Of a stretch of DNA of 64,000 nt, positions 49,101-57,673 are shown piece by piece. Location of the stretch: the NCBI GenBank assembly GCA_965208325.1, contig OZ242326.1, positions 1,824,001 to 1,888,000 on the forward strand, written 5' to 3'. The notes under the pieces were generated by a model that searched no databases, was not told the DNA's origin, and saw only the letters and a list, made by a program, of their open reading frames with translations. The stretch comes from Candidatus Poribacteria bacterium (GTDB lineage Bacteria; Poribacteria; WGA-4E; PCPOR2b). The position numbers and the translations under genes are program-made. The first letter of the stretch is position 1; the number at the start of each line of letters is the position of its first letter.

Positions 49101-50047
49101 CCGGGGTTAAGTTCTATTTCCAGTCGATCTAAGCAATATTCCCAGTATTTGACGGCGTATTTTTGAACTTCCTCGGGTTGTCCCAAGCTATTGAGATAGT
49201 GTCCAATCCATGCAAGCAATTTACCGCGCATTTCCTTCTTGACGGCATGAACCTCCGGATCATAAGCGATATCGTCAAAAGTGTCCCAGTCTTCAGGTGT
49301 GAGTTGAAAATCAATCTCACGATACAAAATTAAGTTTACCATCAATGCCTGCGTAATTTGCCGAGGCAGGTCGTCACTAATTTGGAAGAGCAAATCGGGT
49401 GCTAAAACCTTTTCCTGCGGAAGCGCTTGGAAATAGCACAGTCGAAGGTCGAAATTGTCCAACTGCCGATTGGCGACCGCGATTTCCTCAAGGTTTGTTA
49501 TGGGATGCGGCATCGAAATGTGATCCAGCACGACTTGGGCAGCGTCAATGACCAGCTTCCGCCCAGAAATAGATTCCAGAAATTCGCGTTCCCAATCGTT
49601 GAAAACGGGGATTTCTTTCGGAGCGATATTCAGCGGCATGGGCTGCTCCAGAACCCTGAGTATTGCGGCTTCAAGCGTGTTTTGGGCACGCGCCACCAGC
49701 CCATCAACGAGCGTATTTCCGATTTGAAAAAATTTTATTGTGCGATTCTTATTCAGCAAAAGGACGGATTTTTCCAAATCGCCCTTGCTGCCGTACTCCA
49801 GCCCTATGCTTGTTAGCGCGAATGCCTCCTGAATATGTTTTCGAATGGCTGTAGACGATGCGAAATCCTCTGCTTTAATCGTAATCAGCTTGTGAGAGAG
49901 TACCGCGGTATCCTCGTGGATTTCGTCTATTCTCTCAGGTGTTATTTCACCAGTCTTCTGCCCGATTGCGAGTGTTTGCGCGAAAAACAGTCGATTGTCA
50001 TATTGAATCAGGGCATCGGTTTCAGGTATTTTTATGTTCTTCGTCAT
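49088..50047 (-). CDS. Hypothetical protein resembling the C-terminal half of DUF6178
   Basis: TSIGLEYGSKGDLEKSVLLL...IKFFQIGNTL. Confidence 0.6.
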   Translation of the reverse strand: MTKNIKIPETDALIQYDNRLFFAQTLAIGQKTGEITPERIDEIHEDTAVLSHKLITIKAEDFASSTAIRKHIQEAFALTSIGLEYGSKGDLEKSVLLLNKNRTIKFFQIGNTLVDGLVARAQNTLEAAILRVLEQPMPLNIAPKEIPVFNDWEREFLESISGRKLVIDAAQVVLDHISMPHPITNLEEIAVANRQLDNFDLRLCYFQALPQEKVLAPDLLFQISDDLPRQITQALMVNLILYREIDFQLTPEDWDTFDDIAYDPEVHAVKKEMRGKLLAWIGHYLNSLGQPEEVQKYAVKYWEYCLDRLEIELNPGGAL

Positions 50048-50915
50048 CTTCTATACTAGATTTCTCAGATGTTTCGTCCGAATTGCCGCCTTCAAGATTC
50101 AGATTATCGAGATCGACCTTTTCAAAAACTTCCTCCTCCGTAATATGGATGCCGGCCGCGGTATCGCGCGCTTGAACACGTTCGTCGCGCTGCTCCTTAA
50201 CTTGGTCAAGGACTCGATCGGGTTCTAGACCTAATTTTTCTCGATCTGCCGTCCGCGCCTCCAGCGTAAAGATTTCATTCAAAAGACTTGTGAACAGATC
50301 TTCATCCGCTTCCCAAATTGCTGTTACGATGTCTCTTGTCCGCTCATCGGCATACACGATTTCTTTTGATGTGGGATCGATTAGACCTGCTTCAATAAAC
50401 AGGGCTTTGTAGCTAGTTTTAACTTTAACCCGATCGTGCAGCATGTTGGCAATTAACCTGACATCCACGCGAGCGAGCAAATATCCGAGTTCATCCCGGT
50501 CACATTCCGACAATTCATAAAGCCAGAGGTTGAGTGATTTATCATCGAGTTTGCCGTTCCGCCATAATGTCAAATCCATTAGTTCTTCAAACTGTTCTGG
50601 CGAGAGGCATTGTAACATAATCGATGCCAATCCCGTGCCGATTGTCCTGTCCAATATTTGCAGCACATCTTGTGTTGGGGAATTTTGGACAAGTTCGGTA
50701 CAATCTTCCGCGAGGTAATACAGTTCTTCCCGATCCCGGGCGTTCCGCGTGGACGAGATAATTTCTAGCTGCTGCCCTGTTGAATAGCTTTGAAACAGCG
50801 CCTCCGCCGCCTGCGTGGGCATTGCCAACAGTTTTTCGGCTTCTTGCGATGAATCAACGAGTTTGTTTTGGGTCACGTAGTTCTCCCTATGGCATGCAGA
50901 AAAAAACGCGCACAT
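50022..50915 (-). CDS. Hypothetical protein resembling the N-terminal half of DUF6178 (start may be GTG ~50876)
   Basis: ELVQNSPTQDVL...LSPEQFEELMDLTLWRNGKLD...WLYEL. Confidence 0.6.
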   Translation of the reverse strand: MCAFFSACHRENYVTQNKLVDSSQEAEKLLAMPTQAAEALFQSYSTGQQLEIISSTRNARDREELYYLAEDCTELVQNSPTQDVLQILDRTIGTGLASIMLQCLSPEQFEELMDLTLWRNGKLDDKSLNLWLYELSECDRDELGYLLARVDVRLIANMLHDRVKVKTSYKALFIEAGLIDPTSKEIVYADERTRDIVTAIWEADEDLFTSLLNEIFTLEARTADREKLGLEPDRVLDQVKEQRDERVQARDTAAGIHITEEEVFEKVDLDNLNLEGGNSDETSEKSSIEDDEEHKNT

Positions 50916-51013
50916 TTACAAATGCGATTCGGACATCGCTCATACAGCAAAAACGCGATAAATTCTAACTTGTAAAGCGCGCAATGTCAAGGTATGATTC
51001 ACGGCGATTTGTG

Positions 51014-51042
51014 TTGACCGGCAAAAATGCGCATGATAAAAT
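51014..51042 (+). promoter_or_regulatory. Putative sigma70 promoter of the DUF2617-speE operon
   Basis: TTGACC-17-TAAAAT with TG extended -10. Confidence 0.5.
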
Positions 51043-51141
51043 CGAACGCCAAAATATTATGTAGCCGTATGATGTGCAAAGCTAATATTCACCACGGCGC
51101 ACTTCTATTCCGCGAGATAAAATGACGCTGGAAAATCTTCC

Positions 51142-51681
51142 ATGACACGGTATCAGAATCAGTCAATGTCCGAACTAAATTTTTATCTCTTGGAAACAGA
51201 AAATCTGCCCGACGGCATAGAAGTGCTGCAACATAAACGTTTTCACCAATCAGACTATCAACTAGATTTGCGTGTGGTGAGTACGAGCCACGCCCTATCA
51301 ATCAGCACGCCGTTTGCCGCAATAACCGAGATAGTGGCGTGTTCAACGATTGACAACATGCAAAGGGCTATGGTTTGTGGTAAACGGCTGCATGAATCCG
51401 GCGGCGAGGTGTTTAGCTGCACGAATTTGCGGTATACGATTGATTGGGAGATACAACGGTACACACCCGGCGATTTTTTGCAGCGGTGCCGGCAGTTAAA
51501 TTCGCAGAAGAAGGCGGGGATTTACTATGAATTTCCACGGGAATCAGCCGGTTTTGAAGTCCCTGCCATAACGCTCATCGAGTGTGACTGCCAAGAGAAG
51601 CGCATTTGGGCGCAAACCTGCCATACTTATCCGAACGAATTCGGGGTGGTTACGACGCAAACACAGATTGAAATGACATGA
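51142..51681 (+). CDS. DUF2617-like protein
   Basis: LRVVSTSH...EIVAC...FP...AITLI...TCHTYPNE...TTQTQI; ATGA overlap with speE. Confidence 0.7.
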   Translation: MTRYQNQSMSELNFYLLETENLPDGIEVLQHKRFHQSDYQLDLRVVSTSHALSISTPFAAITEIVACSTIDNMQRAMVCGKRLHESGGEVFSCTNLRYTIDWEIQRYTPGDFLQRCRQLNSQKKAGIYYEFPRESAGFEVPAITLIECDCQEKRIWAQTCHTYPNEFGVVTTQTQIEMT

Positions 51682-53222
51682 ACACCAACCCTTCCGATCC
51701 GAACCTTCAATCTGTGAAGTCTCGAAGCGTTATCCTGTTGCTTTCTACCTCAATCATCGCCATTTGCGCGCTTGTTTATGAGTTAGGCATCGGGAGCTTA
51801 TCGTCCTACCTGCGCGGCAACAGTGTCTACCAGTTTTCGATTACCATCGGGCTGTTCATGACGGCCTTAGGCATTGGATCCTACCTCTCCAAATACTTTA
51901 CCCAACGACTCATGACGGCGTTTATTTCGGTTGAGTTGGCAATCGGATTCATCGGCGGTTTTTCGTGTCCGCTTCTCTTTGCGGCGTACAGCTTTAAACT
52001 TTTCTACGCGCCGATGATGTGGGGTTTGATTATACTGATTGGCACTCTCACGGGGCTGGAACTTCCGCTATTGACACGAATTTTCCGCGAATACACGCCG
52101 CTGCGGATTGCACTAGCGAACGTCTTGACCTTTGACTACTTGGGCGGATTGATTGGCGCCCTAGCTTTCCCGTTGCTGCTGCTGCCGGTGGTCGGTATTT
52201 TTGATATTTCTATGGTAATGGGGTTGGCTAATCTTGCCGTTGTGTTCGTCAACCTAGTTTTGTTTCGACGTGAAATCCGACATCTGAAGTTAATCTGGTT
52301 TATAAGCGTATTGACGGCGATCGGGTTAGCGGCCGGGTTGATAGTCAGCAATCCAGTCGGCGGTTATCTTGAGCAGCGCATCTATGCGGATAAAATCATC
52401 CTATCGAAAGCGTCCAAATATCAGCGGATTGTGCTAACACGTTGGAGAGATGATATCCGCCTTTTCATCAACGGACGGCTGCAATTCAGCGCGATGGACG
52501 AACACCGCTATCATGAAGCCCTTGTTCATCCTGCGGCTTCGCTTATTTCGCCGCGGTCAGAGATACTTGTACTCGGCGGCGGCGACGGGCTTGCGGTACG
52601 AGAGATTTTGAAATACAGCGATGTGAATGCTGTAACGGTGGTTGACATTGATCCGATGATTACGAATCTGGCGCGCACGGACAGTATATTCCGCCAACTG
52701 AACCGGGATGCCCTCCACAATCCGAAGGTGCAGGTGATAAACCGGGATGCCAAGCAGTTTCTTCAGACGACGGATAAGCGGTACAACCTTATTGTCATCG
52801 ATTTGCCGGATCCGGATGATGAAGGGTTGGTATCGCTTTACTCAAGGGAGTTCTACGAACTTGTGAAACGCCGACTTACTCGAGACGGGTTGGCTGTCAC
52901 GCAGAGTTCTTCGCCTTTCTTCGCGCGGCAAGCGTTTTGGTGTATACATCAGACGATTGAATCGGCGGGGTTGCATGCGATTCCTTACCATGTCTATGTA
53001 CCAAGTTTTGGCGAGTGGGGATTCAATATGTTCGCTGCATGGCGTCCGAATCCGGACGAAATCAGCATAACGGTACCGACGCGATTTCTCTCGGAGGCAT
53101 CAATTGCCGCCGTGTTTACGTTTGACAAAGACATGCAGGAGATCGAGACGAAAATTAATACACTCTTGGCGCCGATTTTGATGCGCTATCACCGGTCAGG
53201 CTGGAAATCTTGGGGGCTGTGA
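51678..53222 (+). CDS. speE: Polyamine aminopropyltransferase with N-terminal membrane domain
   Basis: LQFSAMDEHRYHEALVHP, LVLGGGDGLAVRE, DLPDP, VPSFGEWGF. Confidence 0.92.
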   Translation: MNTNPSDPNLQSVKSRSVILLLSTSIIAICALVYELGIGSLSSYLRGNSVYQFSITIGLFMTALGIGSYLSKYFTQRLMTAFISVELAIGFIGGFSCPLLFAAYSFKLFYAPMMWGLIILIGTLTGLELPLLTRIFREYTPLRIALANVLTFDYLGGLIGALAFPLLLLPVVGIFDISMVMGLANLAVVFVNLVLFRREIRHLKLIWFISVLTAIGLAAGLIVSNPVGGYLEQRIYADKIILSKASKYQRIVLTRWRDDIRLFINGRLQFSAMDEHRYHEALVHPAASLISPRSEILVLGGGDGLAVREILKYSDVNAVTVVDIDPMITNLARTDSIFRQLNRDALHNPKVQVINRDAKQFLQTTDKRYNLIVIDLPDPDDEGLVSLYSREFYELVKRRLTRDGLAVTQSSSPFFARQAFWCIHQTIESAGLHAIPYHVYVPSFGEWGFNMFAAWRPNPDEISITVPTRFLSEASIAAVFTFDKDMQEIETKINTLLAPILMRYHRSGWKSWGL

Positions 53223-53335
53223 TAATGAGTGACAGCGGCGTTATGCGGGGTTGTGAATGGGGTAATCGCGGTATGGCTTCGCCCTAAACTTTAAGGTTTC
53301 GATTCCGTCATAATCAGTATTGGGTTGACCTGAGC

Positions 53336-54178
53336 GATAAGGGCAACCACAAGGGGTGCGCCTACAGAAAATGAATCCGATGTAAGGGATGGCGCTATAA
53401 CCGTTGGATCTTCTAGTGCACGGGATTTGCTATCGCCTTGGTTATTAGATCGGTTTGTCCTATTCAGTTGAGCGCGGCAAGATGCCGCGCCTACGGAGGA
53501 TGGTGGCATACGCGCGGAAAGATGCCGCGCCTACGGAGGATGGTGGCATACGCGCGGAAAGATGCCGCGCCTACGGGGGTGGCGGCACACACGCGGCAAG
53601 ATGCCGCGCCTACGGAGGATGGTGGCATACGCGCGGAAAGATGCCGCGCCTACGGGGGATGGCGGCACACGCGCCGCAAGATGCCGCGCCTACGGGGGAT
53701 GGTGGCATACGCGCGGAAAGATGCCGCGCCTACGGGGGGGCGGTGGCACACGCGCGGAAAGATGCCGCGCCTACGGGGGAGGCGGCACACGCGCGGAAAG
53801 ATGCCGCGCCTACGGAGGTGGCGGCACACGCGCGGCAAGATGCCGCGCCTACGGGGGTGGCGGCACACGCGCGGCAAGATGCCGCGCCTACGGGGGGCGG
53901 TGGCACACGCGCGGCAAGATGCCGCACCTACGGGGGGCGGTGGCATACGCGCGGAAAGATGCCGCGCCTACGGGGGTGGCGGCACACACGCGGCAAGATG
54001 CCGCGCCTACGGGGGATGGTGGCATACGCGCGGCAAGATGCCGCGCCTACGGGGGTGGCGGCACACGCGAGGCAAGATGCCGCGCCTACGGAGGGCGGTG
54101 GCACACGCGCGGCAAGATGCCGCGCCTACGGAGGAGGTGAGGTACGATACGCTATACACCTGTCGCCCCTCCGGGGCT
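53336..54178. repeat. Fifth composite unit with 17 tandem 39-41-bp REP-like subunits (53472-54131)
   Basis: Core GCGCGG(C/A)AAGATGCCGCGCCTAC counted 17 times; flanks match the 47.7-kb units. Confidence 0.95.
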
Positions 54179-54331
54179 TAATGATTTCGAGTTTCTATGA
54201 TATCTATATACACGGGAAAATAATTTTTGAAGTTATGATCGAAGATCCCCGCAGGGGTTTTGCTAAAGACTACCGGTGTTGAAAAATGTGAAATTTCAAA
54301 CAGGTTCGTAATAAATATTCAGGAGGTGAGA

Positions 54332-55720
54332 ATGACTCGATACAACATGTGTTTAGTTATTATTTGTGCAGTGTTAATTTGCCCGCTCGTTGGTGTCTTG
54401 GATACCACCGCGGAAATTCAGGATGAACAAGAAGCCGATCCGCCGGAGCCGCTTACACTTGAACAGTGTATTCAGCTTGCTGTTGAAGAGTCGTCTGACA
54501 TGAGAAACGCGGCGATAGATTCGGCACTTCAGGAACTCCGCATAAAGAACGCGCGAGCGCTCTATTACCCAGAACTTTTCCTAAATGGACGTTATCTAGT
54601 TTCGGACCGCTCAAATCAGATATTTGACCAGCGCCTGCTTGGCGGCGATCAGGAGGGTTCCGTGTCTATTGGGCACAACTATGATGCCGGCGTCACGGCG
54701 CGGTATACGTTATGGGATCATGGTCAGAGAAGGGCAAATTTCGCGCGGGCGAAGGAGAGCCTGAACGTGACCGAGCGGCGGAACCGCCGGATAAAGCAGA
54801 ATCTGATTTTTGATGTGACACAGGCATACTATAATGTGCTAAAAACACAAGCGTTGGTCAAGGTTGATAAAGAGGTTTTGGCGCGTTCGAGGGAGAACCG
54901 CGAGCGTGTTGAGGACTTTGTCAAGGCGGGCGTTCAGATTGAAGCGGATATTGCGACGGCACAAGTCAGGGAGGCGAACGACGAATTAAACTTACTGAAC
55001 GACGAAAACGAACTCGAGATTGCGATGGCAAATCTACCGCGGATTATGGGGTTGGATCCGGGCACACTCATCACGGTGGCGGAGGACACAACGTATCAGT
55101 TGTACCGCGAAAACGGGAAGGTCGAATTGATTGAAATTTCGCTTCAGGAAGCTATTGAGCGAGCCAATGAGAATCGCCCCGAATTTGGGGAGGCAAAATC
55201 CAGAATTAAACAGCTTGAATCAGATTTGGTATTGGCAAAGTTGGGCCGATGGCCGCGGCTAAACGCAGAGTCGAGTTATGAACTCTCCATTGATGATTCG
55301 GTTGATGAATCCAGGAATTTCAATGATTTTCAGAATTGGAACATTACCGCGACGCTGAATTTTCCCATATTTGACGGCGGGGTCACAAAACGCCGCACGC
55401 AAGAAGCTACACTGACACTTGAGCAGGAACGTGAGACTGCCGGAGACCTTGAACGGTCTATCGCATTAGAGGTTCGCCAAGCCTACCTCAGCCTGAAGCG
55501 GGCGGAACGGGCGTTGGAAATTACCGACACGCAGGTGCGAAACGCTGAGTTAAGCCTCGAAGTGACGCGAGGACGGTATGAACAGGAACTTGCCATCTTG
55601 TTGGAACTGCTCGACGCACAGACTGAATTTGCGGGCGCCTTGACGAATCAGGTTCGCGCCTTTTACGACTATAAAATTGCGCAAGCGGCGCTGCAGCGCG
55701 CTATGGGCATTCTCGGATGA
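54332..55720 (+). CDS. TolC-family outer-membrane protein
   Basis: AGGAGGTG RBS before ATG 54332; LTLEQCIQLA, FDVTQAYYNVL, FPIFDGG, LELLDAQ. Confidence 0.9.
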   Translation: MTRYNMCLVIICAVLICPLVGVLDTTAEIQDEQEADPPEPLTLEQCIQLAVEESSDMRNAAIDSALQELRIKNARALYYPELFLNGRYLVSDRSNQIFDQRLLGGDQEGSVSIGHNYDAGVTARYTLWDHGQRRANFARAKESLNVTERRNRRIKQNLIFDVTQAYYNVLKTQALVKVDKEVLARSRENRERVEDFVKAGVQIEADIATAQVREANDELNLLNDENELEIAMANLPRIMGLDPGTLITVAEDTTYQLYRENGKVELIEISLQEAIERANENRPEFGEAKSRIKQLESDLVLAKLGRWPRLNAESSYELSIDDSVDESRNFNDFQNWNITATLNFPIFDGGVTKRRTQEATLTLEQERETAGDLERSIALEVRQAYLSLKRAERALEITDTQVRNAELSLEVTRGRYEQELAILLELLDAQTEFAGALTNQVRAFYDYKIAQAALQRAMGILG

Positions 55721-55802
55721 AAATGTCAGGAACGGGGTTCAATAAACCACAGCTCGACGTTCAAAACTTACGAACGCAAATTACAATCCAAGGGGTAGCC
55801 AA

Positions 55803-56483
55803 TTGTTAATTGATGTCCGCAATTTAAAGAAGATATACGCAATCGGAAAAGTTGAAGTTCACGCCCTGCGCGGCGTTTCGTTTACTGTTGAATCCGGCGA
55901 GTTTATCGCTATCATGGGGCCGTCTGGTTCCGGGAAATCCACACTGATGGATATTCTCGGCTGCCTCGCAAAGCCGACGGAAGGCGAGTATTATCTTGAG
56001 GCGCAAGAGGTCGGCAAGCTATCGGATAATCATCTTGCGGAGATTCGCAACCGAAAAGTCGGTTTTGTGTTTCAATCGTTCAATCTACTGCCGCGGACGA
56101 CAGCGTTACACAATGTCGAGTTGCCGCTTATCTACAGCGGTGTGGGGCGTAGAGAGCGGAAGCGGAGAGCTTTTGAAGCGTTGGAAGCTGTTGGATTGGC
56201 GGACCGCGTCAACCACAAATCCAATGAACTGTCCGGCGGGCAGATTCAGCGCGTTGCAATTGCGCGCGCACTGGTCAATAATCCGTCAATTACCTTTGCC
56301 GATGAGCCGACGGGGAATTTGGACACGAAGTCAAGTGCAGAGCTTATGTCAATCTTCGAGGAGTTGAACCAAGGCGGCAACACGATTATCATGGTGACGC
56401 ACGAGGCGGAACTTGCTGCCCATGCGCGGCGAATTCTCCACATTCGCGACGGTATGATTGAACGAGACGCGCGGCGAGGGTGA
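55803..56483 (+). CDS. ABC transporter ATP-binding protein (MacB/LolD-like)
   Basis: [33 protein letters not shown]. Confidence 0.95.
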   Translation: MLIDVRNLKKIYAIGKVEVHALRGVSFTVESGEFIAIMGPSGSGKSTLMDILGCLAKPTEGEYYLEAQEVGKLSDNHLAEIRNRKVGFVFQSFNLLPRTTALHNVELPLIYSGVGRRERKRRAFEALEAVGLADRVNHKSNELSGGQIQRVAIARALVNNPSITFADEPTGNLDTKSSAELMSIFEELNQGGNTIIMVTHEAELAAHARRILHIRDGMIERDARRG

Positions 56484-56754
56484 ATGAAGGAGGGTAAAGA
56501 ACCCCGCGGAGAAGCAAGGGTGGAAGGATGGAAGAGTAAAAACACTGCGGTTGCGTTGGTTGGCGGCCGCGAGGGGATTAATGCTAAAGACTTTAGGAAT
56601 ACCATCGCCCTCCCTATTCGGTCGGTTGATTAATTTACGCGAGAAACAACCTACAAAAACTATCGCCTTCCCTATTCGGTCAGTTGATCCTCCTTGGCAA
56701 GGAGGGGGACAAATGCTAACTTGTCCTTGGGAAGGAAGAGGGGAAGAAAACACC

Positions 56755-57351
56755 GTCTGAACTGTGTTTTGGGGGATTGAATGATGGGGTGGGATTGTCC
56801 GAACTGTGATGCGTGGGATTAAATGATGGGCTATGATTGTCTGAACTGTGATTTATTTGATTAAATGGTGGGGTGTGATTGTCTGAACTGTGATTCGTGT
56901 GATTAAATGATAGACTATGATTAAAGAAGAGCACAAGTTTTCGGAATTGACTGGGAAGGTGATTGGATTCGCGATGAAAGTTCATTCAGCGTTGGGAAAC
57001 GGATTTCAGGAAGTTATCTATCAGCGGGCATTAGAAATTGAAATGGCAAACGCAGGCGTAATTTTCAGCCGCGAGCACGAGATGCCAATCTACTATAATG
57101 GGGAGCAAATTGGCGCTCGAAGGGTTGATTTCTTAGTAGAATCCGTTGTCTGTGTGGAATTGAAGGCAATCATGCAACTGGAAGATATCCATTTGGCGCA
57201 GGCGATAAATTATTTGGAGGCATACGATTTGGAGGTTGGGTTACTTATTAACTTTGGTGCAAGAAGTCTTCAGTTTAAAAGGGTAACCAATGAGAATTTT
57301 AAGCAGAGAAATCTAGGTAATCCTAAAATTGCATGAATCACGGTTAAGACA
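56755..57351 (+). mobile_element. Repeat-bounded GxxExxY element A (4 x 42-bp left repeats, gene, inverted right end)
   Basis: Units at 56755, 56797, 56839, 56881 begin GTC(T/C)GAACTGTG; inverted AATCACGGTTAAGACA at 57336-57351; mobility is inferred. Confidence 0.6.
56917..57336 (+). CDS. GxxExxY protein (PD-(D/E)xK nuclease fold)
   Basis: VHSALGNGFQEVIYQRAL, RVDFLVE...ELKA, AQAINYL, GLLINFG. Confidence 0.93.
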   Translation: MIKEEHKFSELTGKVIGFAMKVHSALGNGFQEVIYQRALEIEMANAGVIFSREHEMPIYYNGEQIGARRVDFLVESVVCVELKAIMQLEDIHLAQAINYLEAYDLEVGLLINFGARSLQFKRVTNENFKQRNLGNPKIA

Positions 57352-57359
57352 TATTTGCT

Positions 57360-57670
57360 GTCTGAACTGTGATTCGTGTGATTAAATGATGGGCCATGAT
57401 TGTCTGAACTGTGATTTATGTGATTAAATGATGGGCTGGGATTGTCTGAACTGTGATTTATGTGATTAAATGATGGGCTATGATTAAAGAATAGCATGAG
57501 TATTCGGAGTTGACTGGGAAGGTGATTGGATGTACCATAACAGTTCGTTCGGGCGTGAACAGGAGAGGCCTATATGCTTTAGAGAGCAACAATACGGCGC
57601 GCAAAGAAACGATAATTTCAAGCAAAGAAATAGAAGGAAGTTTAATATTCTATAAATCACGGTTAAGACA
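57360..57670 (+). mobile_element. Internally deleted GxxExxY element B
   Basis: 3 x 42-bp units (57360, 57402, 57444); decayed gene start ATGATTAAAGAATAG...GGGAAGGTGATTGG; right end 57655-57670. Confidence 0.65.
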
Positions 57671-57673
57671 ACG

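Noticed and set aside
53472..54131. CRISPR array
   Set aside because: The 'spacers' are only about 15-17 nt and near-identical, the repeat has a GTAG-REP signature, and no cas genes are present
53438..54282. Repetitive ORFs in several frames (also 47884-49166)
   Set aside because: By-products of stop-free palindromic DNA repeats; 39-41-bp units do not preserve frame
56755..57485. CRISPR array in the 42-bp repeats
   Set aside because: Units are contiguous tandem copies without unique spacers
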